Under the pieces are notes generated by a model. That model saw only the letters and a program-made list of their open reading frames with translations. It was not told where the DNA came from and ran no database searches. From Candidatus Microgenomates bacterium (lineage in GTDB: Bacteria > Patescibacteriota > Microgenomatia > JACQLA01): a stretch of DNA of 64,000 nt. Position 1 is the stretch's first letter; every line of letters starts with the position of its first letter. The position numbers and the translations under genes were made by a program. This document shows, piece by piece, positions 11,674 to 20,627 of the stretch. The stretch is from NCBI GenBank assembly GCA_016204255.1, contig JACQLA010000003.1, forward strand, positions 184,088-248,087, written 5' to 3'.

Positions 11674-13125
11674 CTAAGCAGTTTTATTAAAATAATCTAA
11701 AATTGATTGCTTTATAGCTGCGGGAGAGCTGTCAATTCTTGACAAATCCTGTCCGGTTAATCGCTGGTAGGGTTCGGTGTATAAAGCTGCCAGCTTCCCA
11801 GTGATTTCTTCGGGAACGTGCGGAATGCGGCCCTCGCCGGAAAACCCATGATCCACAAGCCAAAGTCGTAAAAATTCCTTATCCAGACTTTCCGGTTCCT
11901 CTCCGCGTTTTAGTTTTTCTTTATAACTTTCCAATCGCCAAAGTCTTGAAGAATCGGGAGTAAAAATTTCATCAATTAAAACCAGTTTGCCGTTTTTATC
12001 TTTTCCAAATTCAAATTTGGTGTCCACCAAAATCAGCCCGGCTTTTTTATAAATTCTGGCCGCTCTTTCAAATAAGGCTTGAGCAGCTTCTTCCATTTCC
12101 CGGTATGTCTTGCCAAAAAGTTTTGTGGCCTGGCTGGGCGAAATAATTTTGTCATGCTGACCCCCTTCGGCTTTGGTTGTCGGAGTAAAAACAAGTTTTG
12201 GCAGTTTTTGATTTTTTAAAAGTCCTTTGGGTAATTTTAGCCAATCATAAAGACCGGTTTTTTCGCTATAATTTTTCCATAAAGATGTCGAGGTTGAACC
12301 GGTAATATAGGCCCGGACAATCATTTCAATCGGGACCGATTTGCATTCTGTGCAAACTGTAACGTTGGGGTGGGGGATAGCAATCATGTGATTGGGAATA
12401 ATATCTTTAGTTTTTTCAAACCAGAATTTAGACAAAGTGTTTAAAAGGCGGCCTTTGCCGGGAGTTAAGCAAACGATGCGATCAAAAGCCGACTGCCGAT
12501 CGGTAGTAATCATCAATCGTTTGCCATCTTTCAAAACCCAATTATCCCGAACCTTACCCTGAATCTTCGGGCCGAAAGAACGGGGCAAATTAACTGTTTC
12601 CAAAGTTTGAAGAGTAGGGGAGTGATAGGAATTATTTTTTTCACTCAGGACGATATCCGCCTGAACAATTTTTTCGCGAAAACTTTTTTGATAATTTTCA
12701 AATTTTTCCGCAAGTTCCAAATTATCTAAAGCAAAAATTTTAACCGCCGCCAAAGCCGCCGTCTCCGGCTCTAAAACTACCGTAGCTGCAATCCCGGAAG
12801 GCATCCGCAACGAAGAAAAAATATCCGCCCCACCGTATTTTTCGCCATAAGGGGGACAGGAAATCACCGGATTTTTAGTCTGGGCGTCTATAAAACCGCC
12901 CAAAGCATTTGATCGCCCGGCCACAGCAATATAAATAATTTTTTTATTCTGACCATCATAATTTTTGATTAGTTCCAAAAGATGTGCGGGTGTTTTATGC
13001 GCCGAACCGATACGCAAAACAGATTCAACCGAGAATTTATCTAAAACTTGTTTTATTTTTTCAGCCTGCTCCTGATCGGTAGGGGAGCCCATCACAATTA
13101 CTACCAGTTCTTCTCGACTATTCAT
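11674..13125 (-). CDS. Fusion protein: N5-CAIR mutase / AIR carboxylase (PurE) N-terminal domain + SAICAR synthetase (PurC) C-terminal domain
   Basis: Residues 1-~160 match PurE (VVIVMGSPTD..., SAHKTP, GGADIFSSLRMPSGIAATVV). Residues ~190-483 match PurC (KVRDNWVL..ITTDRQSAFDRI, LVDTKFEFG). 4-nt overlap with purB. Confidence 0.8.
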   Translation of the reverse strand: MNSREELVVIVMGSPTDQEQAEKIKQVLDKFSVESVLRIGSAHKTPAHLLELIKNYDGQNKKIIYIAVAGRSNALGGFIDAQTKNPVISCPPYGEKYGGADIFSSLRMPSGIAATVVLEPETAALAAVKIFALDNLELAEKFENYQKSFREKIVQADIVLSEKNNSYHSPTLQTLETVNLPRSFGPKIQGKVRDNWVLKDGKRLMITTDRQSAFDRIVCLTPGKGRLLNTLSKFWFEKTKDIIPNHMIAIPHPNVTVCTECKSVPIEMIVRAYITGSTSTSLWKNYSEKTGLYDWLKLPKGLLKNQKLPKLVFTPTTKAEGGQHDKIISPSQATKLFGKTYREMEEAAQALFERAARIYKKAGLILVDTKFEFGKDKNGKLVLIDEIFTPDSSRLWRLESYKEKLKRGEEPESLDKEFLRLWLVDHGFSGEGRIPHVPEEITGKLAALYTEPYQRLTGQDLSRIDSSPAAIKQSILDYFNKTA

Positions 13126-14543
13126 AATTCCTCCTTTGCAGATTTTATTTCATTAATAGCATTTTCCGTGATTTTAACCGCCAAACCAATATAATTTTGG
13201 GGGGTCAGTTTTTGCAAAACTTTTTTATCGGCAGGGGAGACAGGTAAGCTCTTAATTAATTTCAACCATTCCGTCTTGCCGATATGGCGTCCGCGGGTTT
13301 TAGACAGGATTAAGGAATAGGGATCTTCGACACCTCGCCGACGCATCAAAGTCTGCGCCGCTTCGGAAAGAACTGTCCAGTCTTCATCTAAATCTTTACT
13401 AATCTTTCCGCTATTTGTTTTTAATCTTAAGAGACCATTTAATGTATTTTTGTAAGCTAAAAGAGACCATCCTAAAGGCACACCCATATCCCTCACGATT
13501 GTGCTGTCGGAAAGATCACGCTGAAGCCGTGAGGTCGCCAGCTCCCGGCAAAAATATTCGAGTAATGCGGTCGCTTTACCCAAATTACCCTCGCTATTTT
13601 CAAAACGCCAGGGATTTATTTTTTGCGGCATCGCCGAAGACCCAACCTCTCCTTTTTTATTTTCCTGAACAAACCAGTTGTCGCTCACATAACGCCAGAT
13701 GTCCTGATCAAAATCTATAAGTATCCCGTTAATTCGCTGATAATTTTGAAAAAAGGTAATCATATCCTCATAAGGATTAATTTGAGTTGTGACCAAATTT
13801 GGCTCAAAACCAAAAGAGCGGATAAATTTTTGAGCAAAGTTAATCCAATCGATTTCCGGATAGGTGATTTGCAAAGCATTTAAATTTCCCACCGCCCCGG
13901 TGAGTTTTCCAAAAAGCTGGCGGCCAGCCAAAGTTTTTACTTCCCTGTTTAATCGGCTGGCAAAAACCGCAAATTCCTTTCCCAGAGTTGTCGGCACCGC
14001 CCGCTGGCCGTGAGTCCGGGCCATCATAGGAGTATTTTTATCCCTTTCCGCCCGATTAATTAGTTCTTCGATTAGGCGATCCAAAGCGGGGATTAGAACC
14101 TGATCGGTTGCCCTTTTCAAAGCAAGCCGGTAAGCCAAATTATTAACATCTTCTGAGGTTAAACCGATATGAATTTTTTCAATCAGATCTTTCAGACTTC
14201 CTGTTAGCCGCAGCCGGAAGGATTTTTCCATAGCCTTAACGTCGTGATCGGTTTCAGTCTCGATCTTTTTGACTTTTTCTCCATCCTGAAGTGTCATACT
14301 TTGGCCGAAAGATTCAAGCTTTTGTCTTTCCGCCGCCGTCAACGGCCGAATAATTCCTTCATCTGATAGAGCAATCAAATATTTGGCTTCGACCTCAATT
14401 CTTAAGCGGATGAGATTGTATTCACAGACAAAAGGAGCAAGATCGACAACATCTTTTCGATTGCGGCCATCCAAAATGGAAATAGCAGTTAATTCCTGTA
14501 GAGGTAAAGTTTTTAAGTGAGTACCTTTGGTTTTTCCCGGCAT
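13122..14543 (-). CDS. purB: Adenylosuccinate lyase
   Basis: 473 aa with fumarate-lyase-family layout and the PurB-type N-terminus. First gene of the purB-purEC-HAD-purD operon, all tightly coupled. Confidence 0.8.
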   Translation of the reverse strand: MPGKTKGTHLKTLPLQELTAISILDGRNRKDVVDLAPFVCEYNLIRLRIEVEAKYLIALSDEGIIRPLTAAERQKLESFGQSMTLQDGEKVKKIETETDHDVKAMEKSFRLRLTGSLKDLIEKIHIGLTSEDVNNLAYRLALKRATDQVLIPALDRLIEELINRAERDKNTPMMARTHGQRAVPTTLGKEFAVFASRLNREVKTLAGRQLFGKLTGAVGNLNALQITYPEIDWINFAQKFIRSFGFEPNLVTTQINPYEDMITFFQNYQRINGILIDFDQDIWRYVSDNWFVQENKKGEVGSSAMPQKINPWRFENSEGNLGKATALLEYFCRELATSRLQRDLSDSTIVRDMGVPLGWSLLAYKNTLNGLLRLKTNSGKISKDLDEDWTVLSEAAQTLMRRRGVEDPYSLILSKTRGRHIGKTEWLKLIKSLPVSPADKKVLQKLTPQNYIGLAVKITENAINEIKSAKEEL

Positions 14544-14635
14544 AACTTGTTACGCGGATCTTGAGCTCTAAAATACTTTTTTACTTGGCAAAAGTCAAGT
14601 GAAAATTTACTTTACAATATGCTATAATTGGCTAG

Positions 14636-14902
14636 ATGGAAAAGAATACCTCTCAAACGACTGAAGTGGTTGTAAATGCTGATTTGGTTGTCGGCAGTAC
14701 GTATTCACAGTTCGTTGGCGTTACGGTAACAGACGTTGATATTACATTGGAATTTGTTTTTATAAGCCCACGAGAAAAAACAAAAGGACAAGTTGTTTCT
14801 AGAGTCACGTTACCACGTCCCTCGGGAGAAGATCTTGCTCGTACAATATTAAACACAATTAAATTACACGAAGAGAAGAAGAAAGGAAAAAAACATGAGT
14901 AA
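14636..14902 (+). CDS. Small conserved hypothetical protein (DUF3467-like pattern)
   Basis: 88 aa. The central YSQFVGVTVTDVDITLEFVFISPRE..VVSRVTLP segment resembles the DUF3467 family. It ends in a Lys-rich tail. Confidence 0.3.
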   Translation: MEKNTSQTTEVVVNADLVVGSTYSQFVGVTVTDVDITLEFVFISPREKTKGQVVSRVTLPRPSGEDLARTILNTIKLHEEKKKGKKHE

Positions 14903-15146
14903 TTCTTATACACTTCCAATTCCAAATACAAGTATTATAAGATCGACCTTTACGGAAGTAAATTATATGAAATTAATTAAAAATATTGTTTCAGAATTTA
15001 CAACCTTTGGGGCAGATAGTATTTTCAACGAATTAATTACAAATAAAACCTTTATTGCTGAGGCAAGGGAGGCGAGAAAACAAATTAAAAAACATCCCTC
15101 GAGCTTTACGAACTTTACTGAAAAATTCTCATCTCTAATTGATTAA
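14895..15146 (+). CDS. Small hypothetical protein, possible antitoxin partner of the downstream RelE-like gene
   Basis: 83 aa. Overlaps both neighbours (8 nt upstream, 1 nt downstream). No recognisable fold. Confidence 0.25.
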   Translation: MSNSYTLPIPNTSIIRSTFTEVNYMKLIKNIVSEFTTFGADSIFNELITNKTFIAEAREARKQIKKHPSSFTNFTEKFSSLID

Positions 15147-15451
15147 TGTATGCCATCTTCGCGAAAAATAAAAATATCGAAAGAGACTACGAACAATTAC
15201 TGCTTTCGTTAGATAAAATAGAGCAACGAAAGTTAATGACGACTCTTACTAAATATCCAAAGTCTACACCAAGAAATAAAAGAATTGAAACAATTGGTAG
15301 AGTTGAAAAGAAGGGTAAATTTTGGCAATATTATGCGCCGGATGGAAACAGAGTTATATACGACGTTAGAGACCGACCAAAACAAGTAATAGTTCAGTTT
15401 GCTGGCGACCACGAAGATACCGGAATTTGGCTCAGACGTAATGCCCAATGA
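15146..15451 (+). CDS. RelE/ParE-superfamily toxin-like protein
   Basis: 101 aa. C-terminal GNRVIYDVRDRPKQVIVQFAGDHED matches the RelE/ParE beta-sheet consensus (YRxIYxV..xxVxVLxxGHRxx). The start codon overlaps the stop of the upstream small ORF. Confidence 0.5.
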   Translation: MYAIFAKNKNIERDYEQLLLSLDKIEQRKLMTTLTKYPKSTPRNKRIETIGRVEKKGKFWQYYAPDGNRVIYDVRDRPKQVIVQFAGDHEDTGIWLRRNAQ

Positions 15452-15455
15452 ATTT

Positions 15456-16637
15456 CTAAGTAATAATTTTGGGGAGCTGATTTGTTTTTATTGCCTCTTT
15501 GATTTCCATGGCGACGCGTTCGCCCATACTAACCGGTCTTCCATATAAATAGGAGCTATAGGGAGTGGCCGCGATTCCTGGGGAGCCCGGCATGCGCAGG
15601 GCCACGTCAAAAACCGCGATTTCTTTTTTGGGTGGACCGGGCAAGATAACCGCTTGCAAGCCAAAAGGGCCGATAATTCCCGGCCCAAACATCTCTTTTG
15701 TCGCCTCGACAAACCGTTCTCCCATCTCGTAAGCCATCTCTAAAAATGATTCCAAAACAGTCACAGCAATGTGACCCGCCTCCTCATAGGTCGGGCGGAT
15801 TTTGGCTAAAATTTGCGCCTGTTGTGTCTGAGGTAAACGCAAGAGTCCGTCTAAATTTGTTTGTCTTCTTGTGTCAGTTCCCAAAAGCTCTAAGCGGCCG
15901 AGAGTAGGGGAGTAGAAAAAGTTGAAATTGACCTGGGCACCAAGTAGAAATTCTTCAATAATTACATTTTTTAGCCCGCTTTCGGTAATTTTTCCGATTT
16001 TAATTAATTTTTCTGATTCGGTTAAAAATTCTTTATAGGAATTTGCCAGAAAAAAGGCCCGCTCAAATGATCGTTCTTTTTCATTAACGCTGACTTTAAC
16101 AATTACCATCCGATCAATATCTTTGGGATTTTTGAAAATCTTCGGATACTTAATCCCGCCTTTTTCCAAAAGATCATACTGGTTGGGTTTTACCGATCTT
16201 TCTTCGGCCCGAAACAAAAAGCGGTTGCCAAAGACAGGGATTTTAAATTTTTTTTCAATTCCGTCATAATCCCCGAGATAAACTTCAAAGGAGCGGTGGG
16301 GGATAAAGATGCAGTTTTTGGCCCGCAGTTTTTTTTGAACATCCGCAGTTAATAAATCTTTTATTTTTTCAACATAAAAAATTTCATCCACGCAACCGAC
16401 CGAAGGTCGTCCTGAGCTTGCCTGCGGTGAGGACATTCGGCTGAGCTCAGTCGAAGCCCTTGTCGAATCTGCCGAAGGACCTCTTTTAAAATATTGATCA
16501 TAAACTTTTCCCCGGCCTTTTTCCGCGATCACCAGCGTCTTAAACCCCATTTTTTTGGCGCCAAAACAAACTTCCAAGGCACTGTGCCGGGCAAAAACAG
16601 CAATAATGGGATTTTTATAATCTTTAACTGAGGTCAT
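15456..16637 (-). CDS. Archaeal-type FAICAR synthetase (formate-dependent, ATP-grasp) PurP, paralogue B with a low-complexity insertion
   Basis: PurP N-terminus (IAVFARHSALEVCFGAKKMGF) and conserved blocks (PHRSFEVYLG, NRFLFRAEER, GPFGLQ, MSMGERVAMEIK). A roughly 40-aa Ser/Pro-rich insertion lies near residue 55. Confidence 0.75.
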   Translation of the reverse strand: MTSVKDYKNPIIAVFARHSALEVCFGAKKMGFKTLVIAEKGRGKVYDQYFKRGPSADSTRASTELSRMSSPQASSGRPSVGCVDEIFYVEKIKDLLTADVQKKLRAKNCIFIPHRSFEVYLGDYDGIEKKFKIPVFGNRFLFRAEERSVKPNQYDLLEKGGIKYPKIFKNPKDIDRMVIVKVSVNEKERSFERAFFLANSYKEFLTESEKLIKIGKITESGLKNVIIEEFLLGAQVNFNFFYSPTLGRLELLGTDTRRQTNLDGLLRLPQTQQAQILAKIRPTYEEAGHIAVTVLESFLEMAYEMGERFVEATKEMFGPGIIGPFGLQAVILPGPPKKEIAVFDVALRMPGSPGIAATPYSSYLYGRPVSMGERVAMEIKEAIKTNQLPKIIT

Positions 16638-16810
16638 TTTATCTTAAGTATTTCCTTGTCATTTCGAGCACATTCGTTACACTCAGCGTAAACTCCGCGA
16701 GAAATCTAGCGAACCCCGATTTTATCGGGGGAAGCGTAAAATGCGATACTTCTTGCCTAGATTTCTCACCCCCGATTTAATCGGGGGATTCGAAATGACA
16801 TTCAGCGTTA
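16638..16810. repeat. Nested imperfect palindrome of about 170 nt containing two copies of a 19-nt hairpin (cccccgatt(a/t)aaatcggggg), between the two purP genes
   Basis: Outer arms tgtcatttcga/tcgaaatgaca and inner arms gagaaatctag/ctagatttctc are reverse complements. One arm carries a 31-nt asymmetric insertion. Confidence 0.6.
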
Positions 16811-17815
16811 TTAATCCAAAACCAGATTTAATTTATTTTGGCCAATCGCGTTTTTTATCTCCCGGGCAATTCTTCGGCCGGTTGACATCGGCTCATCATA
16901 TAAAAATTGCGTGTAAGGCGATCCTTCGATAAAAAGATTAGTCCCCGCAACGATCCGACAGGAAATTTCAATTACAAAAAACTTTTGATCGGGAGTGATG
17001 ATCGTTTCCAAACAAAATGGGCCAAAGAGTCCTTTTTTCGGTATAATCTTTTGGGATGTTTTAACAACTTTCTCACCCATGGCAAAAGCTTCCGGTAAAA
17101 GCGATTCGCGCAGGGTCAAGGGACTGTTCCCCACAACAACGTATGATGGTTGAATGCCAAGACCTTCCTGGTTTTGGGAAGGGATACGGCCTAAGGAATC
17201 AACATTGGTTTCATACCGACGGTCAATGCTTAAAATTTCAAGTTTTCCAGTTAAGGGCGAGTAAAAGTAATGAATAAAAAGTGGTACCCCGATAATATAT
17301 TCCTGGATAACATAATCCCGAACGGTGAAATGGATAATTTTTTCGGCAAATTCCTTTTTATTGCGGGCAAAAAAGTAACCCCGGCCGCCGGCTGCGCCAT
17401 TGGATTTGACCATTACCGGTGCGTTAATTTGAGCAGGTAGATCAAATTGTCGCGGGATGTTTATACCCGCCTGCATTAACCAATCTCTTTGCCTTTTTCG
17501 ATCAGCTTCCCAATCTAAAACATCTTTGTTACCAAAATAAGAGGTTTTCATCTTTTTATTTTCATCCAAACCTAAATAAGCCACAAAAGAACCATGAGGA
17601 ATAATAATTACTCTTTTTTCCAGAAGTTTTTTTTCGATTTTGAAAAAATCTACATATTTTTTGATCGTTATCAATTCATCAATAAAGGGAAAGTTTTTAT
17701 AAAAAGATGAAAATTCCGGCGTGGTGATGGCAATTGTCGCAAAGCCCTCATCTTTGGCCCCCTTAAGAATTTGCAGACAGGAATGTGAGGCCAGGGTCGC
17801 AATTGTGTATTTCAT
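16811..17815 (-). CDS. purP: Archaeal-type FAICAR synthetase PurP, paralogue A
   Basis: 334 aa. Collinear with archaeal PurP throughout (TLASHSCLQILKGAKDEGF, IIPHGSFVAYLG, GGRGYF, FIHYFYSPL, GPFCLE, STGRRIAREIK). Confidence 0.8.
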   Translation of the reverse strand: MKYTIATLASHSCLQILKGAKDEGFATIAITTPEFSSFYKNFPFIDELITIKKYVDFFKIEKKLLEKRVIIIPHGSFVAYLGLDENKKMKTSYFGNKDVLDWEADRKRQRDWLMQAGINIPRQFDLPAQINAPVMVKSNGAAGGRGYFFARNKKEFAEKIIHFTVRDYVIQEYIIGVPLFIHYFYSPLTGKLEILSIDRRYETNVDSLGRIPSQNQEGLGIQPSYVVVGNSPLTLRESLLPEAFAMGEKVVKTSQKIIPKKGLFGPFCLETIITPDQKFFVIEISCRIVAGTNLFIEGSPYTQFLYDEPMSTGRRIAREIKNAIGQNKLNLVLD

Positions 17816-17911
17816 TGATGTATTGTATGGCAGAGGCTGAGAAAATGCAATTAGCAGCGCTTATTTTACTTCGAAGCCCTAAAGTATTAAAATATTCAGC
17901 ATTAAATTAAT

Positions 17912-19003
17912 ATGACAACCACCAAAGAAGGTTATAACCCTAATTCAGCAGGAAGTAGTTCTTCCCTGGCAGGCTTGACGCTCCATCCGGAAATTCCTGA
18001 GAAACCCTCAGATGATTTTTTAAATGGATGGCGGCGTTTTAAGACTAAACCGCCGGAAATCGATCTTTCCAAAGGCAATTTTTGGCAAACCGAGCTTGGC
18101 GCAGCAGCTAAAGAATTCGTTTTTGCGCAAACAGATCGTCCCAAAACAACTGTCCAGGTTGCCAAAAAATTACGGTTAAAAGGGGGTAAAGAATCATCTC
18201 ATTTTATAATGAAGCTCGTTCGAAGCGGAATAATTGTAGGCGCGGAAAAAGCCGGAGGCAGAGGATATCGACTCCCTAAACCTCAAATGATTATTTGCGC
18301 CCTTGTTCTCCGTGACTTAGAAGATGGCCTTTCACTTCCCGAAATCGTAAGTCATCTTTCTCAAAAACTGGAGGGGACCGATTTAAAGCAATTTGTGGGC
18401 GAGGCAAAGGAAAATTATGATGATTTAAAACCTGGGGTGGTTTTTTTCACCGAAACTTCTCCCTGGTATCAAAAAACCTTTGAGTGCATGACAGTAACTG
18501 ATTCCCAAGGGACATTAGGCGGTGAGGATAAGTCATTAATCTCCCAAAATGTTCAACCAGACACGGAAGAAATTGATGAGGAAGACTTACCCGAGTTTAA
18601 ACCAAAAAGCCCATTAGATAAGATCATAGAAATTGATGAGGAACAATTGGCAGAGTTGGAAAAAATTGATCCGGAACGACTTAAAAAGATTTACGGTCGC
18701 GCGCCTGACAACTCTCTAGAAACGTTTAACCTTCATCGCCTAAATGCGATTGCGAGCGAAAAACTACCATTCTCTGTGGTGAAAACATTGCTATTCATTC
18801 ATCTTGTTCGAAATAGACATCTCAGGCCTCTAGATGAGAAGTTAGATGATTTAACTTTCGCCGATTTTCGGCGTACGGCCCAAACTTGTCTTAGAATTTT
18901 TGACGACTATCCTCATCTCCAAAATCTTGCTCAGCTTTATAAATATCTCAGGCAAGCGGTTGAAGAAAATCCAACTCGATTTATGGAGCCCTCAAGATAT
19001 TAA
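17912..19003 (+). CDS. Hypothetical protein with a possible winged-helix segment and an acidic repeat region
   Basis: 363 aa. TTVQVAKKLRLKGGKESSHFIMKLVRSGIIVGAEKAGGRGYRL is wHTH-like. An acidic EEIDEEDLPEF / EIDEEQLAELEKID repeat follows. Confidence 0.3.
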   Translation: MTTTKEGYNPNSAGSSSSLAGLTLHPEIPEKPSDDFLNGWRRFKTKPPEIDLSKGNFWQTELGAAAKEFVFAQTDRPKTTVQVAKKLRLKGGKESSHFIMKLVRSGIIVGAEKAGGRGYRLPKPQMIICALVLRDLEDGLSLPEIVSHLSQKLEGTDLKQFVGEAKENYDDLKPGVVFFTETSPWYQKTFECMTVTDSQGTLGGEDKSLISQNVQPDTEEIDEEDLPEFKPKSPLDKIIEIDEEQLAELEKIDPERLKKIYGRAPDNSLETFNLHRLNAIASEKLPFSVVKTLLFIHLVRNRHLRPLDEKLDDLTFADFRRTAQTCLRIFDDYPHLQNLAQLYKYLRQAVEENPTRFMEPSRY

Positions 19004-19009
19004 AAACGT

Positions 19010-19747
19010 ATGCGACAAGAGAGAACAATTGGCAATATTCATGAACACCACCCCAGGAAGAATCCATATGGGGAATATTTAACTGGGGATGAAATCAAAT
19101 TTAGTCTTCAAACCCTACAATCAGATGGCTCTTTAAGGTCTTGTGATCAAAGAATAGTTATTCGAGATGTTCGCGGCGGAGGGTTTTTTGGGCGGGTTAT
19201 AATTCCTGAAGATGGAGGATACGTTATAAAAACTTCCTGCCCGGATTCATGGCATCATTTATGGCGGGAAGTTAACTGGGATTTCAAACCGTTTCCAGCT
19301 CGAGTCTTTGAAATTGACGCCCAACTCGAACATCTTTCCACAAGACTTATTCATCAAGTTTTACCAAGATTATCCGGCGGAAAATTCCGCAGTCCTGATT
19401 CATTTGGCTACACGGACTTGCCCAACGGATTTGCTCAAGTCGTAGAAAAAATGGAGGGAAGAGGGCCACGATTTGATTTGCCTAAAAACGAATTTTTGGA
19501 ATTTCGCCAGGCACAGGAAGAACTCACCGATTTGGCTTTGCGTCTAGGTCTTGAACAAGCAGGTCAGATACACCCGGAAAATCCTTTTGGAATGGCCAAT
19601 CTTTGGAAAGAAAAAGACGGCCATGGTTTTATTTGGCTCGATACCATTCCAGCTATTCCCCACAATGGCTGGATTAAACCTTTTTTCCACTTTAAATTTC
19701 ATAAAAAAAATGCGGCAGTGGTTTGCTCAGAAAAAAACTACTTTTAA
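19010..19747 (+). CDS. ABC1/UbiB-like atypical protein-kinase-fold protein, N-terminal part (probable frameshifted gene)
   Basis: Gly-rich VRGGGFFGRVII..YVIKT, and a catalytic-loop-like QIHPENP...GFIWLDT that matches the ABC1 HxDxHPGN...DFG arrangement. The ORF ends 37 nt after an A8 run. Confidence 0.4.
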   Translation: MRQERTIGNIHEHHPRKNPYGEYLTGDEIKFSLQTLQSDGSLRSCDQRIVIRDVRGGGFFGRVIIPEDGGYVIKTSCPDSWHHLWREVNWDFKPFPARVFEIDAQLEHLSTRLIHQVLPRLSGGKFRSPDSFGYTDLPNGFAQVVEKMEGRGPRFDLPKNEFLEFRQAQEELTDLALRLGLEQAGQIHPENPFGMANLWKEKDGHGFIWLDTIPAIPHNGWIKPFFHFKFHKKNAAVVCSEKNYF

Positions 19748-20627
19748 TCGTATCCATACAGGATACTTCCTGAATGAAATAGTCCAAAATAAACATCTTT
19801 TCCCGCCTGATCTTTACCAAGAATTAAAACAAGAGCTTTCCCTTTATGAAAAACTTTGGGAGAAAAGAGAAGAAATACATAAAAACGACAAACCGGATAT
19901 CGGTCCGGCGGCAAGAGCCCTGGGTGAAACCGCCAAAGATCTGCTTACTGAAAGAGCCATTTTTAAACTAATCGCCGATCCTGAATATAGGGCAAATAAG
20001 TTGGCTGATTTTATCTCTATCCTGACCGATCCTAAATATCGTGCTTTTTTACTCCAGAAAAATATTATTTTAAGAGGAGTAGAAAGAGCCCGGCAAGAAG
20101 GAATAATTGCTGACGATGAATGGAGTGCTGTCTGGGAAGCGATGGAAATTGCTCGGGCCCCTGAGAGAAAAACCCGTTTCGATCCGAAGGCAACTTTAAC
20201 AAGCTTGCAAATTTATTACCTTGTCTCAGGTCAAATCCTAAACATTCTTGAAGGTTCTGCATATATAAAAGCAGTCCTCGACGAAGATAAATTTAAGGCT
20301 GTAGCTTTAGGGATATTTGTTGGTCGAATACTACCATCTATCATAAGGCCGGTCTCAACCTTGATAACCGGAGCCGTTAGTAAAAACGATCTCAGAGTTG
20401 CTACAGTCTTCTCGGCTTTTCCCGGCGGAACCTGGGCCGCTATACCCATTCAATTCGGTGCCATGGCAGCAGGTAGAAATCGGTTAGTTTTACATTATGC
20501 TATTCGAGACATTATTGCTGGATTATCAAAGTTAAGTCCATCAGGCGGTTGGGGAACAGAATTAGAAGCTAAACTTTATGAAAAAGTTGGAGCACGTTTG
20601 GAAAAAATTGCCCAGCCAAAAGATTAA
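19710..20627 (+). CDS. Helical C-terminal part of the same UbiB-like gene, or a separate overlapping gene (ATG at 19710 directly after the A8 run)
   Basis: Frame 0 is open from 19551. The in-frame ATG at 19710 is inside the 3' end of the previous ORF. Combined length of about 540 aa equals a typical UbiB/ABC1 protein. Confidence 0.4.
   Translation: MRQWFAQKKTTFNRIHTGYFLNEIVQNKHLFPPDLYQELKQELSLYEKLWEKREEIHKNDKPDIGPAARALGETAKDLLTERAIFKLIADPEYRANKLADFISILTDPKYRAFLLQKNIILRGVERARQEGIIADDEWSAVWEAMEIARAPERKTRFDPKATLTSLQIYYLVSGQILNILEGSAYIKAVLDEDKFKAVALGIFVGRILPSIIRPVSTLITGAVSKNDLRVATVFSAFPGGTWAAIPIQFGAMAAGRNRLVLHYAIRDIIAGLSKLSPSGGWGTELEAKLYEKVGARLEKIAQPKD

Noticed and set aside
16638-16810. Possible ZTP (pfl) or purine riboswitch in the purP leader
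   Set aside because: None of the conserved ZTP pseudoknot or purine-riboswitch core sequences are present. The symmetry fits a palindromic element better.
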